From positions 103,602,001-103,666,000 of the forward strand of contig OX597823.1 in NCBI GenBank assembly GCA_951406725.2: a stretch of 64,000 nt of DNA. Direction: 5' to 3'. Below, piece after piece: positions 55,116-64,000 of this stretch (position 1 is its first letter; every line of letters begins with the position of its first letter). Made by a program: the position numbers and the translations under genes. The notes beneath the pieces are model-generated. The model had not been told where the DNA came from. It ran no database searches and saw nothing but the letters and a program-made list of their open reading frames with translations. The DNA comes from Octopus vulgaris. Lineage: Eukaryota.

Positions 55116-56828
55116 GTATATATATGTATAAAGAACACACCCTAAAATTGTCAGGCTTTATGTAGCCTAAATTTAAGGAAGACAAGTGTTATATGCATTA
55201 AATGAAGTAAAGAATTTTAAAAATTGCGAATATTTTAAAAATTCGTGTTGAACATATAAAACTTAACGCCACTTGACTTGGAAACGTTGATGAATCAGTT
55301 ATTGACAATGTCTGCAGATGCAGAAATGAATATTTTAAATTTTGTTGTTGTTCTTGTTATTTATGCTTGCACAATGTTTATACAGTTTCATCAAATTTAA
55401 TAAGACTCTTTTGCAAATGGCACTGTTGTCCAAACTGCTGCCTTTCACAACCCGTCCACAATTCCAAGTATTCTTTCACAAGCACTATTGGCTTATATGG
55501 TAATCTAAACGTTTGTTGAAAGATGTTTTTTCAGAGATGCTGGGTCAAGTAGTCACTTAAACAGGGTATTTTGTTTAAGCTCCCAGACTTGTGACAGAAC
55601 ACCCCCATTCTCAGATCATCATTACTAACATTAGAAATAAATTTATCAGAGTACCAGAGGAATATTATCTTTGGCAAATATTTCTCCCAGGAAGTTACTT
55701 CCTTATTCTTGACTTCTGATTTCTAAAATACGAACTGAAGCAGCGCTAGACTCATCATCATAAAGTTTAGTGTCTAATTCTAGCAAGTATGAACGTGTTT
55801 TCTCAAAAATAAATGCTATACTCAGAATGGTATTCAGCTGGTCTGTGACATGATGTAGAAAATCATGTTGTGAAAATTTTCTCTCATGTTGACGAAGTTC
55901 TTTAGAATTCTCATTTCCATAATGTGTTCCATTGAATTGCACTACAACATGGTTAAACCCAGAACGAGTTAGAAACCTCTGCTCTAATATGATAGGGTTT
56001 TTAAGTGATACCAGACACTCCATCAGCTCTTTTTAGTTTCCTTTACCGCATTTAATATTTGCTTTCCAGAATTTTGGCAGTTGGGACGCTTTGATAATTT
56101 GAGGGTGTGGTCTTTATAATTCATATATTTGATACTATATAAACTGTGTGTGATATTGCTTTGGATGTATCATTTTTTATGTCCTAAGCATTTTCAAATT
56201 ATCTCTAAAATAACCTGGTGTTAAAGTAGTTACGCTGTTGGCATAAATGCAGTACCTCACAAAGATAAAGTAAGTATTAAAAAGTTGGAAAACCTTCATT
56301 TGAGAGTAAATGACATCAAATGTGTTTAGAGCGTACCTTGTATATTGTCACTTTCCTAGAAACTATAGGATCATTTCCAGTACAGGCTCTGCGTGTATCC
56401 TCTTTAAGGTGATCACTGTCCCACTAGAATTGTAATTTTAGTAATTAACTTTAATAGGAGAAAAAAAGAAAAGGAAAAGAATTTCACATCAATTTGAAAT
56501 GAAAATTTATGTTAATTTCAGCACCGTATTTATGTATGTGTATATACGTGCATGTATGTATAGTAACATGGAATTCAGTACATCTTGTTGCATGGTCGGA
56601 TTGTCGGTGACTAAACCGGTTTCCCACCTCGCTAGATCGGTGGAAAAGTTTGTTGGAAACCCAGCAGGACAAAAAACAAGGCCGGCCAAAAGATTAATGA
56701 ACACGGTGTAGGTTCAACAGCAATCTATCAATACACAAGCCCTCAGAAATTCCGGGCTGGTTTCGCCATACTGGAAGACCACTAATAGTGGGGCACCTCT
56801 CAGTTTTTACTAAAGCATGTCTCTACGA

Positions 56829-57400
56829 CAGTGGTTCCCAACTTCTTTCTCTGAGCCGCATTTTCGGAGTGAAAATTTGTTCGTGCCTCACCAAATTTTA
56901 CGTGTTAAAAGTACGTTTAAAAATAGCCGTGAGTTAAATATTATATTTAACAGAAATAACTTATGATTAAAGCATACAAATTTAATGAAAGGTATGAGTT
57001 TGTTTTTGACAAGTAGTCTTTATATTAGGCCTAATTTGAGATAAATAAACTCTCATCTCCTCATCAACACAAAGAAACCTTGTCCACAGCAATATGGTGT
57101 GGAGAACTGTAGAAGAATGGATAATGCTTTTGAAGAGACACATGGATATTGTTTCTGGTAGTATACCCAAAAAGATCCCAGTGGTACACTCTTGTGTTTC
57201 ATTTTTAAGGTGCGATCACTCGAAACTTTTGCCTCAAATGTCAGATCTAAACCACTTGACTTTGCAAAAGGATCTCGAACCCAGTCAAATCTTTCTGTAG
57301 ACGACGCTGGAAAGCAATCATAATATTTTTCTAAAAGTGTTGCAAGATATTCCTATATAACGGCATACATTTCTTACTCGTTTTCAAACTTTTTACCGAT
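56829..57400 (-). mobile_element. hAT (Charlie/Buster-like) 3' relic with TIR
   Basis: TIR cagtggttcccaac. The minus strand encodes LLQFSTPYCCGQGF...DEEMRVYLSQIRPNIKTTCQKQTHTFH*. Confidence 0.75.
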
Positions 57401-57494
57401 GGTAACATTTCTAGGTTATGTTGCATTGCTCTTCCTAGCCAGAGTTGAAGCTTTTTTTTTTAATGCAGTCAGTTTATCTGTAGTCGTGAGGATA

Positions 57495-57679
57495 TTCTCA
57501 TGTGTATGTATGTATGTTGTTTCTCTCCTTGTTTCTTTTCTGTGTATCTTTCTGTCGAAGAGCGTAGGCTCGAAACGTAAAAGACCTGCTTTATTTCTAT
57601 TCCTGAGCGCCATACTAATACATTATTTGTTTGTACTCCACCTGCCTTCGTCTTTTGTTTATTTTCGTAAACCTTCCCG

Positions 57680-57680
<1 letters not shown>
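57495..57680 (+). mobile_element. Solo pLTR with an A6U hammerhead-like motif (57547-57584)
   Basis: tcttt-CTGTCGA-a-gagc(gtag)gctc-GAAAC-GTA-aaaga; followed by (TA)n. Confidence 0.68.
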
Positions 57681-57729
<49 letters not shown>

Positions 57730-57782
57730 GTTTAAATATTTGTTGTGCAAGATTTTTTATGTGAAGTCGTGTGTTGAAACAG

Positions 57783-59267
57783 ATATTGTTATATTTCGGA
57801 ATGGTCATATTGCCAGTTTAGCCAATAAAAACACACGCACTATATATTTGGTGTTATTTTGCTTCAGTGATATTTATTTTTTACATTAATCTTAATCTTA
57901 TTTCGGCCAAAGTTCTTTCGTCACACTCCTGTGACCGCATCAGTGGTCCTTTGTTTTCTTCTCACTTACTTGTGTCTCTCCTTACTAACCGTCAGCCATT
58001 TTGTATTTCTATTGTATGTCTTCATTTGCGCATGCTTATATCTCTATGTGCGTCTATGTTTATTTAGTGTGTGTGTGGGGGGATGCCTGTAATATTTGTA
58101 TCTTCTGGTTATATACATTCTTGTAATTTGTATTTTGTTTTTGTTGTTGTTGCTTTTGTTCTAATTTTGTTCATGTGTTTACATCCACCCATTATTATCA
58201 TTACATATGCTTGTATGTATGTATAACAACAATATTAGTAATAATAATAATAAATCTAATCGAAAAAAAAAAAAAAAAGAATATACATATACATATATAT
58301 ACATACATATACATATACATATATATATATACATATATACACACATATATACACATATACATATACATATATATACACATACACATATATATAGATATTC
58401 ATTTCTATTTCTTTAATTACCTGTGTATTTATTATGTTTGCAGGATCCACTATTGTCATATGTTGTGGTGTGCGCTATTGCTCCATTCTAGTTTTCTATT
58501 CAGGCTAGGTTTATTTTCTATTATATGTGTAGCTTCTGTAATTTGTCTAATTGTTGCATCTGTTCTATGTGCAATAGCGCACACCACATCATATGACAAT
58601 AGTGGATCCTGCAAACATAATAAATACACAGGTAATTAAAGAAATAGAAATGAATATCTATATATATGTGTATGTGTATATATATGTATATGTATATGTG
58701 TATATATGTGTGTATATATGTATATATATATATATATGTATATGTATATGTATGTATATATATGTATATGTATATTCTTTTTTTTTTTTTTTTTTTCGAT
58801 TAGATTTATTATTATTATTACTAATATTGTTGTTATACATACATACAAGCATATGTAATGATAATAATGGGTGGATGTAAACACATGAACAAAATTAGAA
58901 CAAAAGCAACAACAACAAAAACAAAATACAAATTACAAGAATGTATATAACCAGAAGATACAAATATTACAGGCATCTCCCCCACACACACTAAATAAAC
59001 ATAGACGCACATAGAGATATAAGCATGCGCAAATGAAGACATACAATAGAAATACAAAATGGCTGACGGTTAGTAAGGAGAGACACAAGTAAGTGAGAAG
59101 AAAACAAAGGACCACTGATGCGGTCACAGGAGTGTGACGAAAGAACTTTGGCCGAAATAAGATTAAGATTAATGTAAAAAATAAATATCACTGAAGCAAA
59201 ATAACACCAAATATATAGTGCGTGTGTTTTTATTGGCTAAACTGGCAATATGACCATTCCGAAATAT

Positions 59268-59275
<8 letters not shown>
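57783..59275 (-). mobile_element. Extremely 5'-truncated PLE: last GIY-YIG codons between two inverted ~700-bp pLTRs
   Basis: Arms 57783-58481 / 58571-59275 are nearly identical. 58569-58456 (-) translates as [37 protein letters not shown]. Confidence 0.88.
59110..59153 (+). ncRNA. Hammerhead-like fold (A9C); mirror copy at ~57906-57949 (-)
   Basis: gacca-CTGATGC-g-gtcaca(ggag)tgtgac-GAAAG-aa-CTT-tggcc. Confidence 0.6.
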
Positions 59276-59312
<37 letters not shown>

Positions 59313-59393
59313 TACACACACATATATATATATATATACAAGTAATGAGAAAGAGTTCACATGTGGTCACTTATTTTTTCACCCATATTGTGA

Positions 59394-59434
<41 letters not shown>

Positions 59435-59496
59435 TATATATATACATACACATATACAAACATATATATATATAAATACATATATATAGATAAACG

Positions 59497-59611
<115 letters not shown>

Positions 59612-59811
59612 ACGCATACAGACTTATAAATATCGTAAAGTATATTTGCCACTTAAATGTGGCTAACCCTTAAGGGTTGATGCTACTGTAGCTTAAGGGT
59701 TAGCTACATTTAAAGGGCAAATATGCTTCACGATGTCGTGCAGCTACTGTTTATACCTCGCTCAGAGATTTATTATTACATATATATATATATGTATATC
59801 TATATGTAATA

Positions 59812-59866
<55 letters not shown>

Positions 59867-60407
59867 TGGCTGCCCCCTCGTTATCGAGTATGGCCATTGC
59901 ACGAAGCTTAATCAATGTTGTTATCGTGCAATGCCTGTGCAAGAAGATTTTTTTAAAGTGAGGAAAGGCTGTGCACTGAGTCAATCCCACTCACTAAGCA
60001 ACAGCAGCCATAATCCGAAAAGAAGAACAAGTCAACATCATCGGTAACCACTGAGCCGCAGGTTTTATATCGCAGTTATCCCAGTTACCTAAGTTACTTC
60101 TCCTAGAAGGATGCCATAACAAAGGTTAGGAGTCCTTCACTCCCAATGGTTTAACCGCGCGATCGGGTATTCAGTCCGATTGTTTCTATGTCCCCGCGCA
60201 TGATCCAGCCCTAAGACATATATTGGATGGCCGTAGACTCTCAAGAGTTCCTCTGCCTATGTATGTATATATATACATATATACATACATAGATATACAC
60301 AGACACACACAGACACACACACGCGCATATATATATCACATATATATATATATTGTTTTTTTCATGCACACAAATACCCACATATACACTAACCCACATA
60401 ATGTATA

Positions 60408-60624
60408 CGAAGAGGTGCTGAAAAGTTCCTGGCTTTGAGAAAAAGAAAATACAAGAGGATCAGTTAATTGTGATTTTATTCAACATATTCCCCTCTCAGA
60501 TTCACACACTTATCGCAGCAGTCCTTCAGATTTTCTAAGCCCTGTAAAAGAACTCGGAAGGTTGGACCTCCAACCAGGGGCTTCCCCATACCCATTAAGC
60601 CAAGAACTTCTTAGTACCCTCTCG
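60408..60624. mobile_element. Mariner-type MITE with TA flanks
   Basis: TIRs cgaagaggtgctgaaaagttcctggctt and aagccaagaacttcttagtaccctctcg, with TA on both sides. Confidence 0.8.
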
Positions 60625-60790
60625 TATATATAGTCGCAGGCATGACTTTTGATAAGAAATTTTCTTCCAAACCATATTGCTCCGGGTTCAGTCTCACTAC
60701 GTGGCATCATGGGCAAGTGTCTTCTACTCGGGACAACCAAAGCTTTGTGAGTAGATTTGGTAGACGGAAATTGAAAGGGGCACGTCGTAC

Positions 60791-60865
<75 letters not shown>

Positions 60866-61119
60866 CGCGTGTGTGTGTGTATGCATGTATGCATATATCT
60901 GTGTGTCTCTCTCTGTACTTGTATCCCACCATCACCGCTTGACAACCGGCGTTGGTGCTTTTACGTAGAGACCAATAGAATAAGTACTAAAAAATATAAG
61001 TCTTAGTATCGATTTCTTCAACGTATACCGTTCAAGGCGGCGTTCCAGTATGGCCACAGTCAAGTAAAAAATAAAAGAATGAAAGAATATATATATATAT
61101 ATCGCTGGTTCCCAAAGTT

Positions 61120-61259
61120 TTTTTTTATTCTCTCTTTGTTTATTTCCTCGTGTTCCTTTCTGTTGAAGAACGTAGACTCTAAACGTAAAAGATTTTCTCA
61201 CCTTCCCGATCGTTAAAGCAATACACCTGTTTGTTGTTTTATTTCTCTGTAAATTTCAG

Positions 61260-61260
<1 letters not shown>
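61120..61260 (+). mobile_element. Degraded solo pLTR of the A6U hammerhead family
   Basis: cttt-CTGTTGA-a-gaac(gtag)actc-TAAAC-GTA-aaag at 61156-61191; flanked by (TA)n. Confidence 0.55.
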
Positions 61261-61297
<37 letters not shown>

Positions 61298-62158
61298 TAA
61301 ATGGTAATTTCTGTCTGTTTTGGGGACTGTGTGTGAATTAGTGAAATTGTTACTTTAACTCCCCCGAGACTATCCAACAGACCTGGAGGAAACTTGACAC
61401 GTAGGGTGGGGTGGTTATGTCCATGCGGTCACTTACCCACTTGGAATTTTAAAAAAATCGATAATTTTTCATTAGCATCGATTTTTCAAAAATCAATAGG
61501 ACATTTCAATGCAAATTCTAATATGAATGTTATTTTCTGCAATAACTTTTAAAGTTTTCAACTGATTTTCTTGAAATTTTATACATAAATTTTATACATA
61601 AAGGAGGCGCAATGGCCTAGTGGTTAGGGCAGCGGACTTGCGGTCGGATGATCGCGGTTTCGATTCCCAGACCGGGCGTTGTGTGTGTTTATTGAGCGAA
61701 AAAACACCTAAAAAGCTCCACGACGCTCCGGCAGGAGGTGGTGATCCCTGCTGTACTCTTTCACTACTCTAAAAGGCGGTGCTCCAGCATGGCCGCAGTC
61801 AAAATGACTGAAACAAGTACAAAAAAAAAAATAAAAAAAAAAAAATGGAATATGCGCTAAGGATGGGTTGAAACAAATAAATTTGTACCTAAGCCACTCA
61901 AGCAAAGCATAAGAAGATTTTTGATTAACTGCTTAACGAAATTTGGCCTAAATTGTTGTGGGGTAAAAATGTTTTATCAATTATTTCGTATATATATGTA
62001 TATATAAAGGTGTATATGAATAGATGTATATGTATTGATGTATATGTATATATGTATATATATGTGTATATATATATACATATTTATATATGTATATATA
62101 CATATATATAGATATATAGATATATTTATATATATGTATATATGCGTATGTATGTATG

Positions 62159-62191
<33 letters not shown>

Positions 62192-62195
62192 ATAA

Positions 62196-62226
<31 letters not shown>

Positions 62227-63219
62227 TACTATAGCTTCAGGCCCACCAAAGCCTTGTGAGTGGGTTTCGTACACGGAAACTGAAAGAAGATTGTCGTATA
62301 TATGTATATGTTTCTGTGTATGTGTGTTTGTACCCCCACCATGGCTTGACAACCGATGTTTCTGTGTTTACGTCCCCATAACTTAGCCGTTTGGCAAAAC
62401 ACACCGATAGAATAAGTACTAGGCTTACAAGGAATAAATCCTGGGGGTAGATTTCTCCGACTAAAGATGGTGCGGTCACATGACTGAAACAAGTAAAACA
62501 ATAAAAAAACTATGCCATTTTAATCACGGGCAACGCCGGTTATCTCTGCTAGTATGTACACATATGGAAGTGCAGCTCCGATACCTTTTAGCATTTATAG
62601 TTGTAATATCTAAAACCCAGAAAAGACGTACAGAAGATTTCCCCATCATAACCAAAGCTATATTTAGAGTGTATGAGACTTTATAACATAGACTTATAAT
62701 GAAAATATTCAGAAACCAAATGCTTTTTGTCTCCCGCCTCATCGCACTCGTGATTTCGTTGCCATTCTTTCGTTGTACTTTTATTGGTCTTTCTATGGTT
62801 GATTGTTGTCTATATAATAGATTCTATTTTACAACCATTTACATAAGATCGTATGGAAATTCCATCTCGTTGATGTTCGTCAATGTTGTGTGTTTGGAAT
62901 TTATGTCACAAAGGATAATTTAGATTTTGTAGTTCTTGCTTTTGATTTTTCTTTCTTTGAATAATTAGACGCGATTTGCTGAAAACATGTTAAATTTACC
63001 GAATTATGAGAATTAAGAGTTTATTTTCATGGAAGGGGAAATTGAGAATTTTGTATTAAAAGAGTTGACTAATGAACGGCAGACTACAGCGTATAGTCTA
63101 GGGAGGGGAAGGGGAGTAACGTTTGTTACTTGGAAGAATGAGTCCATTAATTCGTTCTCCTGTAAGCACAAAACTGTGTGTGTGTGTGTGTGTGCGTGTG
63201 TGTGTGTGTGTGTGGTACT

Positions 63220-63362
63220 GAACTGCTACTCATTTTATCGGCTGCGAAAAGATGAATGATTAAATCGACCTCGGCGAAATTCGAATTCAGAACGTAAAGA
63301 CGGACGAAATGCCGCTAAGCGTTTTTGTCCCGAGTGCTAACGATTCTACCAGCTCGCTGCCT
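63220..63362 (-). mobile_element. tRNA-SINE head (family of 43613-43822)
   Basis: Contains tcgacctcggcgaaattcgaattcagaacg...cgattctaccagctcgc. Confidence 0.75.
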
Positions 63363-64000
63363 AATAAATCCATTAATTAAAAGTTAAAATTCCACGGCTG
63401 AAGATCATATTATTCTTTAATGAAAATTTTTTTAAAATGTATGTTGGTCCAAATATGTGTAAGGCTTCTCCAGTTTCATGCGATGTCTAGTAACACCACC
63501 TGGCACTGGAATCTCCTTACTATTGGACATGCAAGCGGGGAGGTTTTGCCTTCTCGAGTTGGTTTTATCATGTACTGATGATTAACCAAAAGTTTATGAA
63601 AATTAAGTGTTTATATCCTCCCACTTTCTTTAGCTGTATTTCTTAGCTTTTCTCTCATAATATTCATCGTTAAAGAAAAAAGTGTTTTTATTTTTATTTT
63701 TAACATATTTATTAGATCCTCCTTAATAGTCATGTTCAATGTGAGCCCTCCCTTCTGAGGCCTTTAATGTATACAATCCTTAGAAACCGGTTGGATTCTT
63801 ATGAGACATATATACGCATATGTGTGTGTGTGTGTTTGCCTATAATTACATGTTTATAGACGCACGTGTGGCTACGTGGTAAGAAGTTGGCTTCTGGATT
63901 CAGTCTCACTGTGTGACGCGCCTCGGGCCTATGACTCCTACTATAGCTCCAAGTGTGAGTGTGTGTATGTGTTTGTGTGTGTATGTGTTTGTGTGTGTTC

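Noticed and set aside
55420-56330. 106-aa ORF 55703-56023 in non-repetitive sequence, possible host exon or hAT relic
   Set aside because: No motif or splice structure I can support; needs BLASTx.
63570-63615. ctgatga...gaaaa motif
   Set aside because: Stems I and III do not pair convincingly.

Overview
AT-rich, microsatellite-saturated eukaryotic DNA with no recognisable host protein-coding exon. The tRNA-derived SINE families and repeat landscape suggest an octopus genome (inference). Nearly all listed ORFs are microsatellite translations. The real coding relics are transposons: several mariner/Tc1 copies, a MULE, a hAT, a near full-length CR1 LINE, an R4-like LINE fragment and several Penelope-like elements (PLEs; RT + GIY-YIG). 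The main hidden signal is non-coding: about 15 minimal type I hammerhead-ribozyme (HHR) folds from roughly 9-10 unrelated repeat families. Most sit in inverted or tandem pseudo-LTRs (pLTRs) next to (TA)n tracts, and several carry recurring core variants (U3-A8, U4C, A6U). They include a ~330-bp tandem retrozyme-like array, a tRNA-head + HHR element with a 13-bp target-site duplication (TSD), a 5.3-kb foldback and a 1.5-kb palindrome whose spacer encodes a GIY-YIG C-terminus. A head-to-tail Helitron dimer is also present. Folds and coordinates were worked out by eye (a few bp of error possible), and ribozyme activity is predicted, not shown.
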